A DNA stretch of 64,000 bases from Atractiella rhizophila (lineage: Eukaryota), in contig MU271182.1 in NCBI GenBank assembly GCA_021432655.1, positions 62,001 through 126,000 of the forward strand, given 5' to 3'. The notes beneath the pieces were generated by a model. That model ran no database searches and was not told the origin of the DNA. It worked only from the letters and a program-made list of their open reading frames with translations. The stretch's first letter is position 1. Each line of letters starts with the position of its first letter. Positions 1 through 11,845 of the stretch are shown piece by piece. The position numbers and the translations under genes are program-made.

Positions 1-2415
1 CTTTCAACACAACACACAAAAATCTCTAGCTGCTTTCCACTCGCTTCTTTCCACCGCCCACGCCATGTTCGATATTTTACTTCTTCAGGAACCATATGTT
101 ACTCCAGGCCCCTCTCTTCCTTTTTTACCCAGGCTGGCGCCGTTTCTCCACTTCGCCGTCCGCTCGCTCTGCCATTTTGATCAACTCCGAAACAATCCAC
201 AGCTCTTCTATCTCCCAAATCATTTCTCCTATTCCCGAAATTTCTGCCGTTAAAATTTCATGCCCGCCGTACACCCTCGTTTTGTTTAACGTTTATAACG
301 CCACCGACATCATGTCCGACATTTTAAAGGTCCTGTTTGACCTGATCCACCGACTTTTGATCGAGTTTAATTCTGACGATAACTTTTTACTTTACGTTGG
401 AGGCGATTTTAATTTGCACCACGACCTTTGGAACCAAGAAGGATATTTCAGATGGGACCCGAAGGCGGAAGAATTGCTAACAAGTCTAACCGAGGTGGGG
501 GTTGGTCCTCAGGTCGGAACAAGGAGTGGTCACCTGGGCAGCAAGGGAGTCTCAAAAGGTCATCGACCTCGTGTTTGTTAACGCTGCGGCAGATGATCTA
601 GTAGAGCGATGCATAACCTCCCATGCCCCAGAGTTGAACCACGGTTCTGACCACTTCCCATACTCACGGCTTTCAATCTGGAGAAGACTGATCCACCAGA
701 CTTGGAAAGATTCAATCTCGCCAAGGCAGATTGGGATAAGATGAGAGAGGATGTTGAAGCTCGTTTGAACGGTTATCCCTTTGACCGAGAGACTCCTTTG
801 AACCGTGAAGAGTACGTAGAACTTGCAGTTGAGTATCTCACTTCGTCCATCCATTCGGCGCTGGAGGTGTCCACAAAGAAAGTGAAGAATTCTAAGTTTT
901 CTAAGGGGTGGTGGGACGAGGATCTCACGGAGCTCTGTGCGAAAGCCAGCAGGCAAAGAAATAGATTCCAGAAGACAAAAAGTGCAGCGGACTATGCATT
1001 GTGGCATAGATCTCTTCAGGCTTTCCGTCATGCGGTTAAAGTGCGTAAGCGCTCATACTGGAACAATTTCTTAGCCAGCTTGGATGAACAGTCGCTCTGG
1101 ACTGCTTCGTCGCATGCCAAGCATGAGAGCCGAGAGAGACAGATCCCGCCCCTACAGAATCCTGATGGCTCCCTCACTTTCGAAAACGAGGGAAAGGCGA
1201 GGATGTTTCACGAAACCTTCAGCGCTTCCCACCCCAAACCCATGTTGAATGACTTATAACAGGAGAGAGCAGCTAGAGATGACTGGATCGACTTCGGTGA
1301 AATCGAAATCCAGGATTTGAATCGGTACATCGAGAATTTGAAAAGGAAGTCAGCCCTAAGGAACGATGGAATTTCAAACTGGGTCCTCAAAGAACTTTGG
1401 TCTAATATCAGGGAAGTCCTTTTCCACATCATTACTTCGTGTTATTCTATGTGTTATTATCCACAAACGTGGAAGTGTTTCTCTACGGCGATATTAAAGA
1501 AGCCCAAGAAACCGGACTATTCTGTTTCAAAGGCCTATCGCCCGATTGCTCTGTTGAAGTGCCTCGCTACAATTTCGATGGAGTTCTAGCCGCGAAACTC
1601 GCCTTTTTCTCCGAGAAGCACCTCCTCCTTCCTGACCAACACGTCGGAGGTCGTTCGGGCCGTAGGACGACGGGATGCTCACCTTTCGGTTGTAGAATTT
1701 ATTATGGAGGGGTGGAGGAAGGGACAAGTGACGGCCGCAGCGTTTCTCGACGTGAAAGGTGCCTTTCCCTCCATCATTCACTGCAGACTAGTCGACAACC
1801 TCCGGAAAGCGAAAGTGGGCCCCCACTTCTACAAGCTGGCTTCGTCTTGGCTGGAGGGCAGATCCACATCCTACTCTTTTGATGGCTTCAATTCGGCTCA
1901 ACTACCCATCGAAACCGGCCTGGTCCAAGGCTCCCCTCTCTCCCCAATCCTCTACCTTTTCTACAACGCCTCCCTGCTCCACATAGCCTCCCATCGGGAC
2001 TCTCAGTCAGCTGGCTTCATCGACGATGTTTCCTACTTATACAGGTCGTCGTCAGTGGTCGTCAGTGGTGCTAGCAATAAGGGGACTCGAGGGAATGCTT
2101 GACAAAGCGGAGGATTGGGGCAGTAGTCATGGAGCTCTCTTCGAGCGAGACAAATCTAAGTTTGTTCTCTTCACTCGCAATCGTCAAAGGATAACTACTG
2201 GTCTTAGACTCCAATTCGGCGGCGAAAGACTTCGAATGTCTGACAGCGCAACACTCCTGGGTGTCATACTCGACAAGGAACTCCACTGGAAACCTCAACT
2301 CTCTTCCACCGAGGAGATGAGGAGAAAGTGCCTGATGACGATCACCTCGCTGGCGAAGACAACTGAGGGCATCCCTCTCGCTCAGTTCCGTCGCCTCTAC
2401 ATCACCATAGTCTGC
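1..2415 (+). mobile_element. LINE (Tad1-like) non-LTR retrotransposon ORF2, endonuclease + reverse transcriptase, frameshifted and 3'-truncated
   Basis: APE-type endonuclease motifs DILLLQEP, GGDFNLHHDLW, IDLVF, GSDHFP. RT motifs KPKKPDYS..KAYRPIALL, FLDVKGAF, GLVQGSPLSPILYLFY, FIDDV, LLGVILDKELHWK. They are spread over successive frames and similarity stops near 2415. Confidence 0.93.
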
Positions 2416-4990
2416 GCCGCCCCCGGTTGTGCGCCCACTGAGTCGAAATCACTATCTTCCTCCCCTAGTGCTGACCCAACGGGTACCTGGGGCGGAGGGG
2501 AAACCCCAGGATTTTTTCTGCCTTCGAAGGTTGTCCTTCAAGCTGGCTGTCAAGCTTTGGAGCGGCAAGTTGGTCCTTCTACCAGGATGTATAGGAGGGT
2601 TTAGCATTGTGGTGGCGTGAATAGTAAGGATCATGCTCCTGGCAAAAAGCGTGCAGTCTTTTTCAATGGCTGGGCTAGCCACCGCTCCCTCCCCTTGGGC
2701 TTGCCCATCGAATCGGTGCACTCTGCGTCCCCTAGCGCCGATCCAACGGGCACCTGGGCGGGGAGGGTAGTCCAGGATTTTTCGTATCGTTCTAGTGCGG
2801 ATATTTCATCATCTATCTCCGGGGAATTGATGAGTTGGAATCGGGATGAATCGTTGTCGTCTGTAAGAATGTTGAAGTGAAATATGATTCCGGAGGTGAT
2901 GAGTCTGGCCATTTCGAGCAGGTTTGTTGGGAGGTTTTTGGGGGGTTTCTTTCATCCTATCGTCTCATTCCTGTAGCACTGCCATGACCTGCTGCTGTTT
3001 GTCGGGGCAAAACATATGATGTCCCAATTATAAAAGTGACTTACTTCCATTTCTTCTTTCCATTTCTGGCCGAGTAGTATGTCAAAAGCGCGACCTGCAT
3101 CTAACACCCCAAATTCCGTTTCCCTGAGTTATGGTCCATTAATCACTGCTGAAACGGTGACCATCTTTCCTATTGGGATCTCGACTGAGCCATTGCCAAT
3201 GATCAGCGAACTATCTGAAGGGATAGGGGGGAGATCATTTTGATACTTCAGGTAGAAGTCCTTGCTCATCAAATTTCTTTTTGCTCCTTCATCGATAATC
3301 GCTCTAGACGTGATGAACCCTTCTAGGGCCTCTGTTCTTTTTGTTCCTACTTCTACGGTGATCTAGATCAACTTTCCTTTTGTCCACTTCTTTAGTGCCC
3401 CTTCCTGCGGTGATGTTGTCGCCAACCGATTCCCTTTCCTTAGTAGCTCATATCCTCGCACCAGCTGTGTCTGTTCTTCGGTTATCATGGGTACTCCTTT
3501 GTCTTAATGTATCGCTCTATCTGAAGCTGCAGACAGGGAGGGAGGACGAGATGGTGGTTGAGCAAATCGTGCCTGTTGTCCCGTCGAAACTCGTCGCGGG
3601 CCCTCATTCAATTCGCAGCTGGATTCCCCATCAGTTGAAGTCGCCGTTGGGACTCCCTCTGTAGATTCTGATGCTGGTGGGGCAGCATGTGCTTGTGTTG
3701 TTCGTTGACTGACGATTAAAGGCACTCTGACCGTTATGTCAATGTCAGGTCTCCCAGTTGGTGTTTCTGATTGTGGTCTCTGTCTGGGAGGGGGTGTCTG
3801 TGTGTCTAAAGGTGCTTGAGGGGGGGATATGTCTCGATCCAATTCATTTGAGGTGATTGAGGTTGTGTTTTCTTTATCAGCATCTCGTTCTAAAAGTACT
3901 GGTGTGGTTTGGGGGGGCGTGCTCTTGCAAGACTTAGTCAAGAGCCTGCACCCTCCACCCAGTCATTGCCCGTCGGAACTTCGCTTGGATCCTTGACGGG
4001 ACCTGAGTCGCTAGAGGGACTGACTCCAGGAATTTCCTTACTCCTTTCCTTTCCAACTTTTCTATAACTTCTCTCAGCCAGTCCAGGAATGAGCCAGGAA
4101 TTTTTGTAAATGAAGATGATTTGTTGAATTTATCCGCACTGGTAACAACAGGCATTTCCATATCTCTGTCTGGTTCTTGATCGACTTCGTAGCATCAAGA
4201 TAGGTTCTCGTGTAGAGTGTGGCATCGTTTCGGATGACATCGGCAGTTGCATTGGACAAGTGTGTTGCTCTGATGACAGTATTATCGATTTCATCGAAGA
4301 CGAGTTGATGTAGCACCTGGACTGGATCGAGGATATTGTTCTGAGCGCCGGTACGTGTTGAGGCTGCTGCTTGTCTGCATTCCCAAAAGATCCCAAGGTA
4401 ATCGGCATCTTCCTTGCTGATAATCGGCCGGTATGGTTTCACTGGCTTTTTGATCCAATCTTCTGCCGAAATCCCAGTGCCTGTTTCCGTAGCCATCGCT
4501 GCCATGCCTCCCATGGGCTGTTTCAACATCGAATCCGCAGGTGGAAGAACCTTTTTGGCTTTGTCAATGTCCAGCCTCAATCGATCCACCTCCTCATCCT
4601 TCTCCTTGTAAAACTTCTTCCACTTATCTTTGTCCATCAGTTCCCTCTCCAAAGAGCTCTCCAGCTCAAATACCTTCAACTCGAGTTGCTGCACATAAGG
4701 ATTTGATGAAAGATCGCACTGAGTAGCAATTTGGACATGGATAGAAAAGGACGCATCTTCTTGCGACATATTCAAGTTGCTTGTGGGAGAAGACTGAAAA
4801 TATTAAGAGAAATGAGATAGAGGTATGGGCGCGTAGCTGGCGTGGAGGGCTGGATAACAGAAAACGGTCGTCGTTGTCTAATTTTGCCAACGAAATTGCA
4901 TTGTCTGAACTTAGTGTGCATACCTGCATAAGAACAAGTGACTGTATTAGAATCCTTTCCTTAAATATTCCCAGCACAGAGACTCACATG
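2416..4990 (-). mobile_element. Ty3/Gypsy LTR retrotransposon 5' part (gag-like ORF + aspartic protease), degenerate
   Basis: Reverse strand 3000-3330 reads RAIIDEGAKRNLMSKDFYLKY...FGVLDAGRAFDILLGQKW (retropepsin-like). Upstream are gag-like ORFs 4074-4775 and 3504-4161. A possible LTR end (..CAGACA) lies near 4892. Confidence 0.72.
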
Positions 4991-5029
4991 TAAACAGCAA
5001 AATCAAACACCGTTGGCATCTGATTTCAG

Positions 5030-8000
5030 CATTATCTGCTCGACACAATCAACTTCTGTCCTCCTGAGAATGAGGTTGATCGAGGATCCAGATCTAGATC
5101 CGGTCGAGAGGAAGGTGACCTAGAGATGGCAGATGGTGGAGATTGGTCTGGAGAGCTGAGGCAAGATGACGTACAGCATCTTGTGGCTGCTCCTGAAGAT
5201 GAGGAGGAGGCGTACCACAATCCAAATCCCGACCATGCCGCTCGTCCTGCTGGAGGTGGCAAGCTCACACCTGCAACACCACTATCGTAAGTAATCTAAC
5301 TGCAGAAAGGAGATATGCTGATGCTGGTACATTGGATTACAGTGAGGTTCGTGATATCCTGATGCCACTCTTCGATGATGGTTCTGATGACCTTCCAAGT
5401 CTTCCTCCAACTTATCACGATGAGATCCCTGTGCTTAGCGGCAAACAGCAGCTTACCTTGGACGAATTCCGAGTCTCGCACCGAGGCAATGAGAAGGAAG
5501 CAAGCTATGAAGGTCACTATCAGAATTGGACTTTACGTGATCACGACATGCATACCCTTCCGGAGGCAAAGAAGATGCTTGCTGAACTCAGTGGGCTGGA
5601 TGGAGAGTGGTTGCGATGTGTGGAGCTTCTTGCAGCTCCTACCTCGGGAAGTATGAGGGGTTGGAGCGGTAAGATTGTTGTCGTTGGCGGATGAATTACT
5701 TGAAGAGCTCACATAAGTTGTAGATGCCCTCATTCTCGCAAGATCAATGGACTGGTCGTACCCTGCAATAGGCCACGCTATTCCCTTTCCTTTGGACGCT
5801 CTGGGATCCCAGGACACTCATCGATAGTGAAAAGAAAGACTAAAAGAGCTTTCTCGTTTGTAACCCGATCCATCGAATCAAGGCAATGTTCCGAGCACCA
5901 CAAACGGCTGGCATGATGGGATATTTCGGGAGGAAGCTGGGAGAGACTCTGGCAAAAACTGAGTATCTTATAGACAAGCTGAAGAGCGGCTAAGCATACA
6001 ACGACTTCCATCACGGTATCGCAGTCCAAGCGCTAGCTGAGGACAACATTGGCTTCATGGAGGACGAACGAGAATCTGTTTTCATTGCGTCGACGGACGG
6101 TGTAGCTATCCACGCTACCCGCGACTCCAACGTGTGGTTTGTCGTTCTCTCGTTCCTTGGCTTCAACATGCAAGTCAGAGCAAAGCGCCGTCATACCTTC
6201 TTTACACTAGGCATCCCCGGTCCCAACAATCCAGTCGACATTCAAGCATTCTTCCTCCCGTTCTATAAGGCGATGGCGAAGCTGAGTGGAGGGTTGTGGA
6301 TGTGGGATGTGGCGTCTCGGAAGTGGTTTGTTTGGAAGGGATGGCTTATGAACAAGCTGGGTAAGTTATCTCACGCTTTCTTCATAATGTATTAATATTA
6401 ATACAGGCGATATGCTCGGTTCTGCAAAGGCCAACGGCTGCACAGGTCATCAAGGAAAGTGTGGCTGCCGCTTTTGCAAGATTATCGGTCAACTCCTAGG
6501 TCAGCATTACTACTATCCATGTATATCACTTCCCCAAGACGACAGTACTCTCCCCAGCTATCGCCCAGCTGCATATGACCCGCTCAATCTTCCAATTCAC
6601 ACCACGACTGAGTACACCGAAACAGCGAAGGATCTTGCACTCGCAACGACGCAAAGAGCGCGAGCAGAGATAGCGGGAGATAATGGTGTCATTTCCATCA
6701 CGCCAATTTCTGGATTCAAGACTTTCCGTGATCCATGACTGTCTTTGCTGGGGACCTGGCTCACCTCCACTGGAAGAACAACGCTGAGCTCATTTTCGAC
6801 TCTACCATGGGGATCAATAAGTAAGAATCACTTCTTGAGCCATGGCACCCAACATAGCAAGTACGAGAGGAGTTTGGGAACATGGTCGAGCGCTCTAAGG
6901 CCGACATTCCCTACGACTTCTCTCAAGCAGCTCCTCGGAACACACACTGATTCCGAAACATCCAGTATAAGATGCATGAGTGGTGGGACGTTTTTGATTG
7001 GTTCCTTATTCCCTGTCTGTTCCTTCTAGGATTCCCGTTCGACATCATACACCTTCTTGACTCGTTTATCTGCGGCTGCCGACTGGCGTGACAACATGAG
7101 ATTACTGAACAGGATCGCATGAAGATTCGGGAACATTTTGGTTCTTTCGTTATGGGCTGGAAGAAGCTATACGTCCATGGAGATCGCAACCGTCTTCGTC
7201 GTATGCCAATGTGCATCCACCACCTCTTGCACATTGCCGACTGGATCCTCTGGTGGGGCCGGGGATCCTCTACTCACAGTTCCCGATGGAGGGAATGATC
7301 GGATTCCTCAAGAAACGAATCAATCAGGACAACAAATACCAAGAGAACCTGCTTAACCAAGCCCTGTTGCTGGAGCAAATGAACATCATGGATATTCTAT
7401 ACCCAGCCCCAAATGTGATCCATGGAAACGCTGGCTCTCGATATCGGCGTTTCTCTCCCGCTCACTCACGCAACTCTGTTTATTCCCCTCGCTGGGCATC
7501 GATTCCTCTTACAAAGCTTGCAAAGCTTCAAGGTACCGAATACAGCATCGAATGGATGCATGAACTTGCTTTGATTCAAGTTCACTGCTTTGCTCGCAGG
7601 AAGAATCTCGAGGGGTTGGACTTGGAGAAAGTCGTGGCGAAGTGGGAGCATTGGGGACGGTGTGCCTTGGCTAATGGGGATATCATTCGGTCTCGGAAGC
7701 TGGAGGTCATGGAAATTCGATGCACGGAAAGCATGCAGGTATGAGGTAAGTTGCGGGTTAATGTGTCTTGCTATCTCTTCTAATGACGGAAACAGGGCAT
7801 TGACGACAAAGGAGATATCTTCTATGGCAAGACAGTGGTCTACATTCGGGTCCCAGAGTCTTTCTTTGACCCAGAAACAGACCCAGCCACTGACAAGCTC
7901 TTCGTACTCACTCAGCTCTTCACCAAATGCCAAAACCTTTTCAGGAGCGAAATACTTTGCCAATGGAGCAACGAATTCCGACTGGTGCCGCTCAATCAGA

Positions 8001-8185
8001 TGAAGCGCTTGATCAGGATCTTTCAAGCAGAAGACGGCGAGGGAAGAACCTTCATCTGGATTCTTCACCGTCATCACTCTGATGCACTTATATGCCCAGT
8101 CCCTGAGCCGGAGGCAGACAAGGCTCTTATCGAAGAAGATGCGGATCAGAGTGACGAGATGTATCTCCCAGACCCAGTGTATTAG
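5030..8185 (+). pseudogene. CACTA/EnSpm (Tnp2/Transposase_21-type) transposase, spliced, with frameshifts and stops
   Basis: Motifs CPHSRKINGLVVPCNRPRY, ASTDG, IPGPNNPVDIQAFFLP, GDMLGSAKANGCTGHQGKCGCRFC, GDLAHLHWKN, MPMCIHHLLHIADWI, YSQFPMEGMIG, WGRCALANGDIIRS. GT-AG introns, e.g. ~6361-6406. Confidence 0.88.
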
Positions 8186-8670
8186 CATTACAATAACTTG
8201 TTTTGGTGACTGTTTTATCGCTTCAATGCAGCAGTATTCTTCGTCTAGCAAACTATATTACTTCAGTTTGTCATTTTAATTCCCCAATGCGGATTTCATA
8301 ATGGTAGATATATACAGTCTGACTGAGATTCTGCAAGCTATTCACCAAAATTATACACAGAGTGCTCGAAGACTCGTCCTTCCCTCGCTGAATCAACCCT
8401 CCATACGGAATTCTATCTCTCCACCATTCTTTCCATAGAAGTGGTGCTCGGGTCAAGTGTCCCCCTATGTACTTGTCAATATTTCAATGGCCCCTCGACA
8501 ATGCTCGAGCAAATTGACAGCACTGGATGACTCTAGCACACTGGACTAACCGACCACTAAGTACACTAACCCTTCCCTACCCCAGCACTAACTCCACCTT
8601 GCAAGTTTCCAGGGGGTGATCGATCATCCCAACCATACCTCGCTTCCACAAATGATGTGAATGTCCAGCG

Positions 8671-9120
8671 ATGATCGCAATGCCAGAATTCATAGAGCAT
8701 TACTACGATCAATTGACTCTTAGCCGAAGGAAATATGCTCCAAAACCAAGTGCTGGACTAAAGGAAGATATGGAGGTCCTCAAGATGGAATATGAAAGCA
8801 AAAGAGTTAATTCTCATGTCAATCTTGGTTTGGCAAATGTGGCATGGGGGAAAGAAACCAAAGGGATAGAAGAATTGAAGAATCATTTTCAGAAATGGCC
8901 ACCCTTCGCTCCAGCACTCCTACAATGTTCCATCATGCTAGCCCAAAAGTCAAATTCAACAAGCTCAAACCTTTTGATGGAACTTGCGCTAACACTGTGC
9001 ATTTCCTTAGTCAATTATATCTCTACTTCAAGGCTCTTCAATCAGAATTTCCAGTGGATCCATCAAAGATTCTCTTTGTCCCACATGACCAATCACTTTG
9101 GTGTAAAGAGACGTAAAATG
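8671..9120 (+). mobile_element. Ty3/Gypsy gag fragment
   Basis: KFNKLKPFDGTCANTVHFLSQLYLYFKALQSEFPVDPSKILF fits the P..FDG...FL.Q...YF...F..D..KI.F pattern of fungal Ty3 gag. Confidence 0.65.
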
Positions 9121-9448
9121 ACACATGGTATCCTACTTTACATGAGCGAGACATTGAGGCCATAGGACAAAGAAGAATAAACAAGAGAGGACAGATCCAA
9201 GTTAGGCGGGAACAGAAGAACTCTTAATTGGGAAATGGAACATTACGACATTAGAACCAAAGTTTAAGGAGAGTATGGAAACATCAATAACCCACCATCA
9301 TATCAGATAGAAAAGCAATTCAGGACAAACCCGTTCTATTGTACAAATTGCTGTCCTTTCACCTTGAGGAGGAAGGTAAAGCAAACCATCACTTGTCGCT
9401 CGCACTGCTCCCTTCCTCTTCCCAACGTCCCCCTCTCAACTCATGTGT

Positions 9449-10270
9449 TTATGCACTCGTCCCCACTCCATTTGTATGATTCATGTTGTTTGAGCTTGAC
9501 ATCGGACGCGGACCGGTCTCGAGATCATCTTCATCGCCCGAATTCTCGAAGTGCGTCGATTTGTGGAGGATGAGCTTCATGCCTTGTCTGGCGAGTGCCT
9601 GTCCAGTTAAAAACACTACCAAGTCAGTGATCGGCTTCTAAAAAGTAATGGAGGAAAGGAGTGTAGGTACCTTGGTTAACGGAGTGTTGGTCTGCATGCC
9701 TGGGAAGGATTTGGGAGAGTAGACGTGGAAGGTGTGAGAGAATTCTCTTGCGAGAGGAGGAAAGACGGGTGAATCCATCTTTGAGTCGAGATCAAGAACC
9801 GTGAAGCGGAGGGTAAAGGTGCCTTCTGTTCTCACAACGAGATCATTGCTGTGGTCACATATCCATAGATCAGCTTACTATCATGAAGAGAAGCAGCAGA
9901 GAGACGCACAATATGAACAGAACGCTAGGGTTACCCGACTGATCCTTCAACCTCCAGCCTGGGATTGTGAGAGTGCCAAGTAAGTTCCTAACGACCTTCC
10001 TCTCCCTCCAAACATGATTCATCTGCTCCCTTTCTTTTCCCTCTTCCGCCTGCCACAACTCAGCGTGACATACCGTCGTCACGCTCTCAAACTCAGAGTC
10101 TCTGACAAGGATTGATGATGGTAGAAGAACTTGCACGTCGCCTTGCCGCGAGGTTCGTTATTGCGAGCTCTCTGAGTCACTTGTCAGGGTGAACAAGGAA
10201 GTAGCTAAGCATCAGGTATGCACCTTTCTCCGGGATTCTGAACCGAACCCCATTTGCTGCTCGTCATCAT
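9449..10270 (-). CDS. Velvet-domain protein (VeA/VelB/VosA family-like), C-terminal exons; N-terminal part of the domain possibly disrupted
   Basis: Splicing GT-AG introns 9849-9909 and 9599-9670 gives VCHAELW...RNLLGTLTIPGWRLKDQSGNPSVLFIFNDLVVRTEGTFTLRFTVLDL...AREFSHTFHVYSPKSFPGMQTNTPLTKALARQGMKLILHK, with the stop at 9449-9451. QMGFGSESRRKV near 10220-10255 resembles the velvet N-terminal CGFG..DRRP motif. Confidence 0.85.
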
Positions 10271-10329
10271 CAGTTGTTTCCTATTGCAACTTGCTATTAG
10301 TCGGACGGTCAAAAAAGAATGGTTGACAC

Positions 10330-11480
10330 CTACTCGCACCGCTCCCGGCACCTTTCATTTCTTCTTCTTTTTCTGCTCCTTCTTCTTCTGGGCTCTTGTC
10401 TTTCCCTTCTGGGTTCCATCTTCCTTTCTTCTCTCCTTCATCGCATCCGCCGTTGCTTGATTCATCTCTCTGCCGTCTTCTTCTTCCTCCATAGCTCCAG
10501 CTCCAACTCCATCTTCCTCTTCCTCCTCGGGCACAAAGTCCAGGTCCCGGTTATCCTCTTCATATTCCTCCAGCTCGCCCACTTCAATCAGGATCGTTAC
10601 AATAGTTGCCCCAACTTTATTGAGGTAGCGTAACCGTTCGACCATCAGTGAAGGGAATGCCTCGTGTTGCTTTCTGGTCTCGAACCAAAGCTTGACGAAG
10701 ACGAGATACCGGCCCCGCCGCCAATCCCCGCTGTGTTGAGCTGTTGAGCTGAGAATTGGACGAACTCGTCATCCTCGTCCAGTGGACATTACAGGGAGAG
10801 AAGGTGGAGGGAACTCAGAGCCAACGTCGAGTTGGTGTCCTAGAATGGAATGCATGAGGAAACCATTCATACGAGAGCAATGAAACATCTCGGAATAAAA
10901 GACTAACCGAAATGTCATTTAGACTCTTGATCAGGGACTGGCTTTCGGAAATTAAGTATCTTATCATTGTCGCATCATAGCCACTCTGGTTCGCATCTGA
11001 CATGAGCCTGCAAGTGAATATTAATCTATCAACAAATGTTGATGCCAAAAAAAGAGGACAAACATTTCATGTAGCTGTTTCTTCTGCGCTCTTTCCGACA
11101 GCGATGTTCCATCTTCGTTGTTCTTTCGAGCTAGGTCGACTGGCTTTTTAACTCTGTTACTCTTTCTACCAGAAGGCTGAAATTGAAGTTTCAGTTGATC
11201 CATGACTGTACAGTGATGGCTCTTGGAGCAGAAGTATACCCAGTGGCAGCTTTTAAAGGATTGCACCCACTTTGCAAGGTCCGGGAGTACTACATCACAC
11301 GGGACCATGTACACGCCGACTTGTGAAAAGAAAACGAGTAATACTCATCAGAAATTCCCTGAAACACATCATAACATGTCCATGACCTGCCGATGCAGCA
11401 TCATCCTTCTCTTCCACCCTCCTTCCTCCATTTCCACCGCCACCCTTCACTTCTTGGTGCACCTCCATGCTAAGATCCAT
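10330..11480 (-). pseudogene. Degenerate same-strand coding segments upstream of the velvet exons (acidic/basic tract, Cys/His-containing segment)
   Basis: ORF pieces 10355-10645 (acidic tract followed by a lysine-rich run), 10815-11048, 11021-11314 and 11295-11480. No family recognised with certainty. Confidence 0.4.
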
Positions 11481-11649
11481 TGCTTTGGTAGAGCTCGAGA
11501 ACCTGCGAGCATTGACAGAAGCAAAATTTCGAAATGAGGAAAGGAAGGAAGGGGGTACGTGATGACGGCCGGGTCATCCTCAGAGTACCTATTCCTGACT
11601 CTATCCTCAGCCGCAGCAAGTCATCTGCAGCAAGACACATACCTCAGCC

Positions 11650-11845
11650 AGCCGTTGATACCCCATGCACCCGCCCGTGTCACGCGTTCTTTCCAATCGC
11701 ACGGTGATGATACGGGTCAAACCCGTGAGGTGAAACCGTCCATAGACAAAAAACAGCAAGCCACAATGGGGTCGGGTCGGGGTAGCCTTTCGGTACCGTG
11801 TGCCGTAGCCGTCAGCCGTTTTCCAACGGTCGGTGTCGAGCCCTA
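11650..11845. mobile_element. hAT-like transposon terminus with subterminal CCG/CGG repeats
   Basis: Dense ACCCG/CCGT/ACGG motifs end abruptly at GTGTCGAGCCCTA (reverse complement TAGGGCTCGACAC), similar to the TAG-starting hAT termini at 25623, 37330 and 39223. No partner end was found. Confidence 0.55.

Noticed and set aside
7466..8251. Long antisense ORFs (also 552-1031, 26334-26825, 43125-43837, 59008-59463)
   Set aside because: They are shadows of transposon or other coding sequence on the opposite strand, with no independent motifs.
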